Origin: Candidatus Poseidoniales archaeon
GTDB taxonomy: Archaea > Thermoplasmatota > Poseidoniia > Poseidoniales > Poseidoniaceae
DNA: 64,000 nucleotides
Assembly: GCA_038150305.1 (NCBI GenBank)
Contig: JAYOTG010000003.1
Coordinates: forward strand, 2,893-66,892
Direction: 5' to 3'
How positions within the stretch are numbered: the stretch's first letter is position 1; each line of letters opens with the position of its first letter. The notes under the pieces were generated by a model, which saw only the letters and a list, made by a program, of their open reading frames with translations, did not search any database and was not told the DNA's origin. Of the stretch, positions 1-8,795 are shown piece after piece. The position numbers were made by a program, and so were the translations under genes.

Positions 1-3000
1 TCATCCTTGGGTGTCGACGCGATTGACGTCAACGTCGCCTCCTTCTTGACTTCGGGGCCACGTTGAACGGCCTGTCCAGTACCACTCGGAAGGAAGAATC
101 GACCTCCGACGGCCACAACTAGCAGGGACGCCAAGGCCCACAACCAGTCTCGCGTTCCGAGGTCAAGGGGACTTGGCCCTCGGTAGATGGCCGTCAGGCT
201 GTCGTCTGAGGGCGTGTCGTCCACGTCGAACGGGAGGTCACAACGCACTACGGCCGTGATGAGCGCATCCTCCTCAAAACCAAGATTGGTGAGGTCCACG
301 TTCAAGGTCGGGGCGAACGTGCCTGTCACGTCGATGAGGATGGATTTCGACGTCGAACCGTCGGTGAAGGTCAAGGCGCACGCCGTGTCTTGAATGAGGT
401 CCGTGCCTTGCCTTCGAACGCCGATGGAGGCCATGCCGTCGTCGATGTCGAACCGCTCGATGCCAAGGTTCCAACCCGCTGCCCTTGACGTGCCCGTCCA
501 TGCGCTTTGCTCTACCTCTGCACCCCTGGCGTCGTGCACGAACAACGTGACGTGAACGTTACCAGGCCCAGGCGACCAACCCGAGGCGTTGATCGACCAC
601 GACACGCTGCCGTTGTCGGTCACGATGAGGGACGTGGACGACAGCGGGACCGAGGCACCGTCTCTTGTTGTGGCAAACCACGTGATACGTTCGACGCTTG
701 TGCTGCTTGCCTCACAGGTCCACATCCGCTCAGATAAGGCCGCTCGCCCGAAGTCGTCTGGAGCATCTTCGCTGTCGCATGCAACCGTTACGGTCGGCGC
801 AGTGCGGCCAATCTGGTGGAGTTTGAGCCCTTCCTCGCCGATGGTCAAACCGTACGCTCCTGCAGTCATCGTGTGGAACACGTGCGTGCCGTCAGTCAGG
901 TCAACCGAGGCGGTGCCGCCTACGGTGCCCACGACCACCGGGCTACTGGCAAAGGCGACGTCGGCTTGCCGTACCTCCAGCGTCATGTCGATTGGGTCAA
1001 GGCGAGGGTGATCGATAGACACCGTGATGAGACGTCCCGTGCCGTCCCAGTCGCTTGACGGTTGGATGGAAATCGGGAGGCCTTGGACCTCACCAGGAGC
1101 GAGGACCATGCGGGTCTCGCCGCTGGTGGTCCAACCTTGGGGGAGCCCGCTTAGAGCGAGCTCGAGCGTGCTCAGATCGTTTCCGTCGTTGCGCACCCAC
1201 GCCGTTGGCATGCCTCCGGTGGTGCTGAGCATCCAGGGCCCCTCCACGCCGTGGGTGATGGCGGCCTCGGCTGACATGCGCACGGGGATCTGGTGCTGAC
1301 TGGATCCTGTTCCGTCTCCGTTTGAGATGCGAAGGTTGAGGGTCCCAACATCACCGGCCTCCGTGCCGTTTGGTGGCGTGACGTTGATTGTGACCGATGT
1401 TTGTCCGAAAGGCTCCACATCAGTGCCGTTTGCCGGAAGCGCGACAGGCCAACCCTCTGCGACCTTGGAGAACCATGGGTCTTGGTGGCTGTTCCCCAGG
1501 TGTTGGATTGGAACGGTGATGTTGCCACCGCTCGGGGGGACGACAAGGTCCACGCCGGTCAGGTTCACCGCCCATCCTGATGCACGTGCCACCACCATGT
1601 GGTGCGTCATGCTCGCAAGGACCTCATCGTTCCAGACCGCCTCGATGTGAAGCGCCAAGGTGGTGCCGTTCCAAGCATCGCTCGGAACGTCGTAGCTCGT
1701 TTCAATGGTCGTCGAGGTTCCAATTTGGATGACGCCGCTCTCCGCCGTGGTGGTCGCCCATGTGCTTTGATCGCCATCGATACGCTGAACTTCGGGGCGC
1801 AATCGAAGCGTGAAATTGTCCGCCGCGTTCCCCGTGTTTGCCGCGGTGACGTTCAACGCAATCGCGCTTGCCGGGAGCACCGCCATCGGGGGTTCACTCG
1901 TGTTCAGCCCCCAAGACCGGTCTGGAGCGGCTGCCACCGGGACGAGCACGCTGTCCGCGACGCTTCCGTTTTGCAAGGAGGTTGCAGTGAGTCGAAGGCC
2001 GAAGGCTTCCAACGCCGGCACGTCACCGTCCACCGTCACCGACATCGTCAGGAACGAGGATCCGCCTTGAGCGACGGCCTTGGTCGGCGTGGGGGTCGAC
2101 CACGACACGTTTCCTGCCGATGGGGCGGGGTCGAGCGAAGCCACAAAGCCATAGGTGTCGGCATCGTTGCCGGGGTTGCTCAACCTGACCGTCATGTCCT
2201 CAGATGCACCTACCTCGAGGACGGTGACGCTCGTGGTGCTGCTTGGTTCAACGAGCGTGAGGGACACGTCGTTCCGCTGCAACACGTGCAAGCTGAACGT
2301 CAGGTCACCTGATGCAACGTCATCGGTTGGCAGGCTCCAAGCGTGCCGTTGAGGTGGGGCATTGGCAGGCATCGTGACGTTCACCACGAAGTTGGTCACG
2401 GTGTTCGGTGTACCGATGACCTCCAGTGTGGTGGAATTGAGGCTGGCTCCCTCGGTTTCGAAGGTCCACGTGCTTGGGAGAGATGCGAAGACCGTGCTGT
2501 CCCATTGCACCGTTCCCGTGCTCGGCAGTTCAGCGTCCACCGTGTACGTCACCGTCACGTTGGGGAAGATCCGCTGGTGCGGAGGTTCGACGGTCGTCCG
2601 ACTGGCGTGGAAAGTCACTTCGAGCACGCGGCATAATTCTCCTTCCCCTTCGCCGATGCACACGGTGAGGTCCACCACGTTGGACGCTCCATATCCCACG
2701 TTGGAGGGAACGTCAACGCTCGCTCGGAGCATTTTGAATTCGTCGGGTTGGAGGGTGAGCGTGTACTGTTCCTGCCCTTCGGCGTCCTCAACCCGAGGGC
2801 TGCCCCACGTGCTCGTGGACCAATCGATGGAGGTGGTCGTCTCGGCAGCGTTGCCGAGGTTTTCGATGGAAAACCAAGCGGTGGCCACGTCACCGGGACG
2901 ACCGCCGCCCGTGCTGGTCGCTGTTCCATCCGGTCCTTCCAAGTCCAAGCCGCGTGTTCTGAGGACGTCGACCGGGACGCGTACCGTCGCGTTGGTCCCG

Positions 3001-5357
3001 AGGTCACCCACACGTTCGACCTTCACGTCGAACCAGCCTTCTTCGTCACCCAACGCCGAATTGGGTACGGTGAGGTCCCACGACATCGTGGTGATTTCAC
3101 CTGCGGTCAGGGAAAATTGAGTCGGGCTGGCCGCAGCCAGGGACCAACCTTCAGGCAAGTCCTCGTCGGTCCACGTCACTTGCCACGTGGCTTCACGCGT
3201 GCCCGTCGACCTGATCTCCACCTCCACGCGCTCGGCGGTTCCCGGTGCAACGGTTGGGGTTTCAACCGGCCCAGCCAGATCGACGGCATAGGGGGGGCGA
3301 ACGTTGAGCGTGAACGTGGCCACGTTGTTGTCTTCTCGAGCCTCGCTGATGTTGTTGTTCGGGTCCAAGATGAGTTCGAATTCAGAGGTTCCGAGCGAAG
3401 CCGTGAGGCCCACGGAAAAAGAGGCCGTGGTGCCTTCACCGCTCGGGTCAATCGGTTCCAAATCGTTCAACCTGTACCTCGAGATGACCGCACCGTCCTT
3501 CAGCAGCACCGCATCGACCTCGTCCAGCGCCGCTTCAGTCCCAACGTTTTCGAAACGTGCTGAAACCGTGTACGCCTCTCCAGGGTCTGGGTCTTCAGGC
3601 GTGAAAAACAGCGCACGACCGTCCGAAAGGGTCTGCAGGTCGGCTTGCCGCTGAGAGACGAGCATGTCACCAAGCAGGATGTCCAAGTGGCCGTCGCCGT
3701 CCATGTCGCCTGCGGCTGGCGCGGCCCACGTGCGGTGGGGGAGGGAGACAGGGTCTTCCCACGGCGTCGAGACGTCCGTTGGGGCTCCAGTTTCGCCGTC
3801 AAAGCAATGCAATTTCCGGCCAAAGGCCACCAGGAGTTCTGCGGGGCCGTCGCCGTCCACGTCAATCCACAGCGGTGGCGCGACGGCAATCTCGTCGTTG
3901 TCGTTGCCGCTGCCGCGTTCCATGGTTCGACTCCATTCCTTGACCGGAGGATCCGCGGTGATGTCGTGGCAACCCGCCATGCCTTGTCGATTGAAACTCG
4001 TTGCCGAGGTCGAGTACCACGTGACCCAACAGAGCCGGTCATGCACGCCGTCTTCATCGGTGTCAATCGGGAGCGGGGCGGCATCAGCATACCCGTTTGG
4101 CGCTCGGAAGGAAAACACCTCAGTGGTCGAGGTCAACTCCATCGCCACGAAGCGTGCTCCACTCCCTGAAGTTCGGCCGTTCGCGTCTGTTGGCACGGTG
4201 AGGATGACCTCGGGTTCAGCATCCGCGTCAAGCTGTACGATGACAGGTCCCGGTAGCTTGAGTCGGGGCGCATCTTGGTCAGAATCGGTTCCGGGGACAG
4301 GAGCCCGTTCCCAATCGAGGGCGCCGTTTCCGCCGTCCACCTTCCAGGCCCACATCGCTCCACTGGAGGCGTCGATGGTGGTCAACACCACGTGAACGTT
4401 TGACGCGTCCATGCGGACTGCGGTCGGATCAGAGGGATGCGTGCCGCGGTCAAGCGCCACCTCCCAAAGCAGTGCACCAGGCGTTGCGCCGCTCAGCGGG
4501 AGCCCAACGAGGGTGGGGTCATCGGTGGCTTCATCGATCACGGCGAGCACAAGATCAGGAGCACCGTCGAGGTCAACGTCCGTCAACAGCGGTTGCGTGA
4601 CTGCCCTGTGCCCACTTTGTGAGGAGGGCAAGTGAGGGGACGCTGCACTAAGGCTGTAATCTGAGTCGGACCACGTCCACAGGCGCTCATTGCTGTGCCC
4701 GGTCCGCACCCATCCTGACGCATCGCATTCCAATTGCGGTGACCAGGCTTGAACGTCCAATCCACTGCTCGTGTCTTTGCTCACGATGATTTCCACGTCA
4801 CCGTCGTCGTCGATGTCGGCCACCACCGGCGTGGAGCGAATGGTTTCTGACGTGCCAAGATTGACCTCCCAAGCGACTTTTGCTTCGTCGCCGGTGATCA
4901 ACCGCATGGTATGGTCCGAGCCATCCGGCGAATCGATGACGAGCGCAAACATGTCACCGGCCGCACAGCGTTCTTGTGCAGCCTCGCTGCGAACCACGTT
5001 CGCTGACAAATCCAAGATGAGGCTGCCGTAGGTGGTGACCCCTCCTTCCTCACTGCCGACCCAATTGATGACGGGGTCGTCGATGGTGCCAAGCACGGTC
5101 ACGTTGCTCGCAGCGCCCATACCCGGTCCGCCCGTGGGGGCGTGGTCGGGCATGGTCCCATTTTTGTTGGCTGAACCCATGTATTGAGACCAGGGTTGTG
5201 ACGGTGCATCGCCCCCCTCGCCTGCTCCGCTCGCTGCGGAAGGAGGAGGGAGGGCCTGCGGTTGCACGAGGCCCATGCCCAAAGGAAGGAGGAACATCAG
5301 GAGCAGGAGCGTAGCCACCCCCTTTGCATCCCACAACGTCCGAGGGGGGGCTTCCAT
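1..5357 (-). CDS. Giant cell-surface protein, C-terminus cut by the window edge. N-terminal signal/TM, FG-GAP/VCBS-like Ca-binding propeller repeats, multiple CARDB/Ig-like beta-sandwich modules, C-terminal TM helix. Possible S-layer or adhesin.
   Basis: Absent from the ORF track because it has no stop inside the window. The reverse frame with codons at plus coordinates 3k..3k+2 is open from the ATG (plus 5355-5357) down to position 3. An in-frame stop lies upstream at 5436-5438 with no other ATG/GTG/TTG between. The other five frames over these 5.3 kb carry only short junk ORFs. Hand translation begins MEAPPRTLWDAKGVATLLLLMFLLPLGMGLVQPQA. It contains DIDDDGDVEIIV, DVDLDGAPDLVLAV, DVDGDGPAELLVAFG and GDMDGDGHLDILLGD, then repeated modules like PGEAYTVSARFENVGTEAA. 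I count about 19 N-x-S/T sequons. It ends RDWLWALASLLVVAVGGRFFLPSG...TPKD and continues off-window. Confidence 0.8.
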   Translation of the reverse strand, partial: MEAPPRTLWDAKGVATLLLLMFLLPLGMGLVQPQALPPPSAASGAGEGGDAPSQPWSQYMGSANKNGTMPDHAPTGGPGMGAASNVTVLGTIDDPVINWVGSEEGGVTTYGSLILDLSANVVRSEAAQERCAAGDMFALVIDSPDGSDHTMRLITGDEAKVAWEVNLGTSETIRSTPVVADIDDDGDVEIIVSKDTSSGLDVQAWSPQLECDASGWVRTGHSNERLWTWSDSDYSLSAASPHLPSSQSGHRAVTQPLLTDVDLDGAPDLVLAVIDEATDDPTLVGLPLSGATPGALLWEVALDRGTHPSDPTAVRMDASNVHVVLTTIDASSGAMWAWKVDGGNGALDWERAPVPGTDSDQDAPRLKLPGPVIVQLDADAEPEVILTVPTDANGRTSGSGARFVAMELTSTTEVFSFRAPNGYADAAPLPIDTDEDGVHDRLCWVTWYSTSATSFNRQGMAGCHDITADPPVKEWSRTMERGSGNDNDEIAVAPPLWIDVDGDGPAELLVAFGRKLHCFDGETGAPTDVSTPWEDPVSLPHRTWAAPAAGDMDGDGHLDILLGDMLVSQRQADLQTLSDGRALFFTPEDPDPGEAYTVSARFENVGTEAALDEVDAVLLKDGAVISRYRLNDLEPIDPSGEGTTASFSVGLTASLGTSEFELILDPNNNISEAREDNNVATFTLNVRPPYAVDLAGPVETPTVAPGTAERVEVEIRSTGTREATWQVTWTDEDLPEGWSLAAASPTQFSLTAGEITTMSWDLTVPNSALGDEEGWFDVKVERVGDLGTNATVRVPVDVLRTRGLDLEGPDGTATSTGGGRPGDVATAWFSIENLGNAAETTTSIDWSTSTWGSPRVEDAEGQEQYTLTLQPDEFKMLRASVDVPSNVGYGASNVVDLTVCIGEGEGELCRVLEVTFHASRTTVEPPHQRIFPNVTVTYTVDAELPSTGTVQWDSTVFASLPSTWTFETEGASLNSTTLEVIGTPNTVTNFVVNVTMPANAPPQRHAWSLPTDDVASGDLTFSLHVLQRNDVSLTLVEPSSTTSVTVLEVGASEDMTVRLSNPGNDADTYGFVASLDPAPSAGNVSWSTPTPTKAVAQGGSSFLTMSVTVDGDVPALEAFGLRLTATSLQNGSVADSVLVPVAAAPDRSWGLNTSEPPMAVLPASAIALNVTAANTGNAADNFTLRLRPEVQRIDGDQSTWATTTAESGVIQIGTSTTIETSYDVPSDAWNGTTLALHIEAVWNDEVLASMTHHMVVARASGWAVNLTGVDLVVPPSGGNITVPIQHLGNSHQDPWFSKVAEGWPVALPANGTDVEPFGQTSVTINVTPPNGTEAGDVGTLNLRISNGDGTGSSQHQIPVRMSAEAAITHGVEGPWMLSTTGGMPTAWVRNDGNDLSTLELALSGLPQGWTTSGETRMVLAPGEVQGLPISIQPSSDWDGTGRLITVSIDHPRLDPIDMTLEVRQADVAFASSPVVVGTVGGTASVDLTDGTHVFHTMTAGAYGLTIGEEGLKLHQIGRTAPTVTVACDSEDAPDDFGRAALSERMWTCEASSTSVERITWFATTRDGASVPLSSTSLIVTDNGSVSWSINASGWSPGPGNVHVTLFVHDARGAEVEQSAWTGTSRAAGWNLGIERFDIDDGMASIGVRRQGTDLIQDTACALTFTDGSTSKSILIDVTGTFAPTLNVDLTNLGFEEDALITAVVRCDLPFDVDDTPSDDSLTAIYRGPSPLDLGTRDWLWALASLLVVAVGGRFFLPSGTGQAVQRGPEVKKEATLTSIASTPKD

Positions 5358-5571
5358 CAGGTGGAGTGGGCCGCGCGAGGTTGTTATGGGTTTGGTGTGA
5401 TGAGGCCAAAGAACGAGCGCCTGCGCGCCAAATCCTCAGCGCCGTCACCGTGCGCTTCATATACGGGGTGACGGACGGCAGAACGACTTCGGTCGCTCCC
5501 TCCAGAGGCATCCGCCTGTGACGGACGGAACCGGTTCCCGGCCCGTGGAGTGACCCGGGGGGGAACTTGCG

Positions 5572-6117
5572 ATGTACAAAATTGTCAGCAAAGAGGACAC
5601 CATCCGCATTCCTGCGGAGTACATGCGTCGTGGCGCTTCGCTCGACCAACACATCGACCGATTGGCGATGACCGCCTTTGAGGGTCGCTTCGACGAGCAG
5701 AACCGTTTCGTCCTCGTCACCTCCAACCACGAAGCCATCGGTCGTGGCCGCATCATTCACGGCGACGGCGCCATCTACCAGAAGGTCAAGTTCGATGCCG
5801 TCGTCTTCTGCATGGAAGACTACGAGGTCGTCGAGGGCGCTGTTTCTGAGATCAACGAATTCGGCGCGTTCATCCGCATCGGCCCGATGGAAGCCCTGCT
5901 CCACAAATCGCAGATCATGGAAGACATGGTCGATGTCAACGTTGGAGCCGGCATCATCGAAGGCCGCTCGGGCGGCAAGCGCTTGGCCGTTGGTTCACAC
6001 GTCCGTGCCCGCATCGTGTCCCTCTCCCCAGACACCACCGACCCCCGCCGGTCCAAGATCGGTTTGACCTGCAAGCAGCCCGGCCTTGGTAGCCAGGCAT
6101 GGGAGAAGGACAACTGA
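5572..6117 (+). CDS. rpoE: DNA-directed RNA polymerase subunit E' (Rpo7), with S1 domain
   Basis: 181-aa ORF starting MYKIVSKEDTIRIPAEYM, with VVEGAVSEINEFGAFIRIGPMEALLHKSQI as an S1 fold. First gene of the conserved archaeal rpoE'-spt4-S24e-S27ae cluster. Confidence 0.92.
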   Translation: MYKIVSKEDTIRIPAEYMRRGASLDQHIDRLAMTAFEGRFDEQNRFVLVTSNHEAIGRGRIIHGDGAIYQKVKFDAVVFCMEDYEVVEGAVSEINEFGAFIRIGPMEALLHKSQIMEDMVDVNVGAGIIEGRSGGKRLAVGSHVRARIVSLSPDTTDPRRSKIGLTCKQPGLGSQAWEKDN

Positions 6118-6123
6118 GGTGAT

Positions 6124-6330
6124 ATGATGCCAGCACAACCCTTTGCCTGCGGCGAATGTCACATGATTCTGGCCGACAAGGTCGACCAATGCCCTCGCTG
6201 CCCAAGCGCTCGCGTCTCCACCGACTGGCAGGGCTTTGTCATCATCATGCAGCCTGAGCGCTCGGAAATCGCCAAGCGTCTCCAGGTCAGTCAACCTGGG
6301 CAGTATGCCCTGAAGGTGAACGTCTACTGA
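6124..6330 (+). CDS. spt4: Transcription elongation factor Spt4 (RpoE'')
   Basis: 68 aa. Zn ribbon CGEC...CPRC followed by DWQGFVIIMQPERSEIAKRLQVSQPGQYALKV, the typical archaeal Spt4 C-terminus. Synteny supports the call. Confidence 0.9.
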   Translation: MMPAQPFACGECHMILADKVDQCPRCPSARVSTDWQGFVIIMQPERSEIAKRLQVSQPGQYALKVNVY

Positions 6331-6342
6331 GGAGAGATTGTC

Positions 6343-6666
6343 ATGGAAATCGTCAACCGTACTGAAAACAAGCTTCTCAACCGCGTGGAGATTGAATTCC
6401 GATGGAAGCACCCGAAGCAATCCACGCCGTCCCGACAGGCGGTCATTGAGATGGTCCGTGGGCTTGAACCCGGAGCCAACCCAGACTTGGTTATCGTCAA
6501 GGACTGCAACACGCGCTTTGGCATGGCCATGACCACGGGTCGTGCCTACGTTTACGCCAACGCTGAGGCCATGGCCGTCGAGCCAGCCTACATCCACAAG
6601 CGTCACGAGGACCTTCACGCCGGCTCCGCCGATTCCGCTGCAGAAGAGGACGGAGGTGAGGCCTGA
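6343..6666 (+). CDS. rps24e: 30S ribosomal protein S24e
   Basis: 107 aa, MEIVNRTENKLLNRVEIEFRWKHPKQSTPSRQAV...GRAYVYANAEAMAVEPAYIHKRH. A GGAGAG Shine-Dalgarno-like motif lies 8 nt upstream. Confidence 0.92.
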   Translation: MEIVNRTENKLLNRVEIEFRWKHPKQSTPSRQAVIEMVRGLEPGANPDLVIVKDCNTRFGMAMTTGRAYVYANAEAMAVEPAYIHKRHEDLHAGSADSAAEEDGGEA

Positions 6667-6842
6667 TGGGCGACAAGTGGCAGAAGGCCAAGGTGTCCAA
6701 GTTCGTGGTCGGTGAAAACGGCCTCGAAATCAAGGGCGAGTACTGCCCAGAGCCTCAGTGCGGCCCCGGCATTTTCCTTGCCGTTCACGGCAACCGCAAG
6801 TCCTGCGGTCGCTGCGGCTACACCGTGAAGAACGACGAATGA
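6666..6842 (+). CDS. rps27ae: 30S ribosomal protein S27ae (Zn ribbon)
   Basis: Not in the track because it is only 58 aa. The ATG overlaps the S24e stop (TGATG). Hand translation: MGDKWQKAKVSKFVVGENGLEIKGEYCPEPQCGPGIFLAVHGNRKSCGRCGYTVKNDE. CxxxxC...CxxC motif and conserved synteny. Confidence 0.88.
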   Translation: MGDKWQKAKVSKFVVGENGLEIKGEYCPEPQCGPGIFLAVHGNRKSCGRCGYTVKNDE

Positions 6843-7775
6843 TCACGCTTCGAAGGCACTCCACGTGCCGTCGTTGTCGACGATCATCACCTTCGACGCC
6901 TTCGAATAGACGGCAACGTCCACGTTGTTTTGCTCCGTCCGTTTGAACCCCGAAGATGAGAGCAGCACCCGCTCCCGCCATCCGGCAATCAGCCAGCCCT
7001 CGTGTTCGGACGACCACACCACCTGCCCGGGTGGCCCACTCAATCTGGCCGTCATTCGAACCGCGTCACCATCAAGCCACAATGCATCGTGGCTTTCGGT
7101 CAGGAGCAACCTCCCCTGCGGCCCATAGGCCACGTCACGGATGGGTTGGTCGGTTGGCGCTCGTCCGAGCGCTACAGCGGCCGAGCCCTCGAAGCTGACC
7201 CTGTGGCTGGAGCCATCACGCAGCGTAACCAGAACCGTATCATGGTCTTCGCTGTGCAGGTGCACGAGCCCAGCACCGAGTGAATCCTGAGGTTCTGGCA
7301 GGGTGGTCCGCGCCAGTTCGCGCCCCTCTGGATCGATCAGATACAGCGCATTTGGATGCAAAGCCAAGACGACGTTGCCATGGTGTTCGATGAGCGCCAA
7401 GGGTTCAGCGTCGAGTGCGTGCGACCACAGATGGCCTGAGGGATGAACGGCAGTGACTTCGCCACGCCGAACGGAAGCTCTGGACGGGCCAGCGACGAGT
7501 TCGTCCATGGACAAGGCGGCAAACCGAGCCATACGCAGCTCGTGATCCATCCAGGTGGCGAGCAAGCGTGAGCCAAGGACCACGCCATGCGTGAGGGCCA
7601 TGGGAAAGGGACACACGGGTTGGCCGAGGTGCTGGCCTTCACGGTTTGTGTTGAGCACCTCACCGTCCCGCCCCACCAAGAGCAGGCCGTCTTCGTGGGG
7701 TCGAATCCACGCGGGTGGAAACGGACAGGTCTGCACGGGCTGTCCTTTGCCTCGTCGCTCATGGACCTTCGCCAC
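6843..7775 (-). CDS. Hypothetical protein, possibly beta-propeller-like
   Basis: 310-aa ORF with a GTG start that fills the gap between S27ae and dtdA. High GC3. No motif I recognise. Confidence 0.6.
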   Translation of the reverse strand: MAKVHERRGKGQPVQTCPFPPAWIRPHEDGLLLVGRDGEVLNTNREGQHLGQPVCPFPMALTHGVVLGSRLLATWMDHELRMARFAALSMDELVAGPSRASVRRGEVTAVHPSGHLWSHALDAEPLALIEHHGNVVLALHPNALYLIDPEGRELARTTLPEPQDSLGAGLVHLHSEDHDTVLVTLRDGSSHRVSFEGSAAVALGRAPTDQPIRDVAYGPQGRLLLTESHDALWLDGDAVRMTARLSGPPGQVVWSSEHEGWLIAGWRERVLLSSSGFKRTEQNNVDVAVYSKASKVMIVDNDGTWSAFEA

Positions 7776-7808
7776 AAGGCAGGTCTAGGTGAAGCGCGTG
7801 CGGCAACC

Positions 7809-8753
7809 ATGCAGGCGGTGGTGCTGGTCGTGGCTTGCGCTGATGACGAGGCGTCCACCAGCATGCTCAACGCTCTGCTGAAGCGTGAGATGTTCGCCGA
7901 AGGTGAGCCTGTTGAATCTTCGCCGAGCTACCTCAAAGGCCGAGTTCGTGTTTGGAGCCGCTCCGGATTTCATCTCGATCAAGATCACCTTGACCGTCGA
8001 TGGACGGACGCCACGGGGGAGGAGGTCGAAGACGTGCTCTTTCTCTCCAAGCACGCCGCCGCAAGCGGTCGGCCTTGCTTGACCGTTCATCCGATTGGCG
8101 TGCCCCACCTTGAACCTGAAGAAACGCCTCCCTACGGAGGTCGAGCCGGCGAAGCACCACCGCCTTCTCCTCGTCTTGCCGCGTTTTGGCGTGCGCTTCA
8201 GCGCCATGCCAATGACGACAGGATTCCCGAGTTCGAGGTCAGCCTGGAGGTCACACATCATGGTCCATGGCAACACGGACCCGCCGCTTTCCTTGAGGTC
8301 GGTTCAACCTCAGCGACGTGGGCCCACGCAGGTGCGGCGGAGGTGTGGGCGGACGTGCTCCTCGACGTGCTCCGCCCTGAGCTGGAGGGAGAAAGGGCGC
8401 CAAGCGAGCCGTCGCACGTGCCTGTGTTGGTCACGCTTGGCGGAGGTCACTATGCGCCACGTGGCAACGCCATGGCGGGTCAAGACGGCGCCCTGCTCGG
8501 CCACATGCTCGCCAACCACTCCTTGCCGTTCTCCCGCTTGGAAGACGGAAGGGTGCAAGGTCGCTGGTCCCATGCCGTCGACAGGGCCATCGAGGCCACG
8601 CGTGTCGCTCACCCCGGCAGAACGGTCGTCATTAGCTTCGATCGGAAGTCCTTCCGTGGATGGGAGCGGCGTGCACTTTCCGAACATCTCGAGGCCAAGG
8701 GCATTGATGTGGTGGACTCCGCGAAGCATGCGAGCATGCTTGAGGACGCCTGA
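7809..8753 (+). CDS. dtdA: D-aminoacyl-tRNA deacylase, archaeal type (DtdA)
   Basis: Motifs LSKHAAASGRPCLTVHPIG and VTLGGGHYAP. The track ORF starts at 7587, but that would overlap the divergent gene. The internal ATG at 7809 (MQAVVLVVACADDEAS) is the likely start. Confidence 0.75.
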   Translation: MQAVVLVVACADDEASTSMLNALLKREMFAEGEPVESSPSYLKGRVRVWSRSGFHLDQDHLDRRWTDATGEEVEDVLFLSKHAAASGRPCLTVHPIGVPHLEPEETPPYGGRAGEAPPPSPRLAAFWRALQRHANDDRIPEFEVSLEVTHHGPWQHGPAAFLEVGSTSATWAHAGAAEVWADVLLDVLRPELEGERAPSEPSHVPVLVTLGGGHYAPRGNAMAGQDGALLGHMLANHSLPFSRLEDGRVQGRWSHAVDRAIEATRVAHPGRTVVISFDRKSFRGWERRALSEHLEAKGIDVVDSAKHASMLEDA

Positions 8754-8795
8754 TGGCCGAGGAAGCGTCAAGAAGCGCCGACCACAGGACAACGC

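Noticed and set aside
187-5092. Dozens of 60-270-aa ORFs listed on both strands across 0.2-5.1 kb, e.g. 2362-3120 +, 2748-3563 +, 3664-4395 + and 3500-4090 -.
   Set aside because: All lie in alternative frames of the single >5.3-kb reverse-strand ORF. Their products are S/T/R/P-rich low-complexity sequences typical of off-frame or antisense translation of GC-rich coding DNA.
5050-5904. 284-aa reverse ORF spanning the spacer and the rpoE' gene.
   Set aside because: It is antisense to the well-supported Rpo7 gene and out of frame with the giant ORF. The sequence is junk-like (RRGGRCTVTT..., PRPHGRTGYGRCEQRDRAWHHRRPRHQ).
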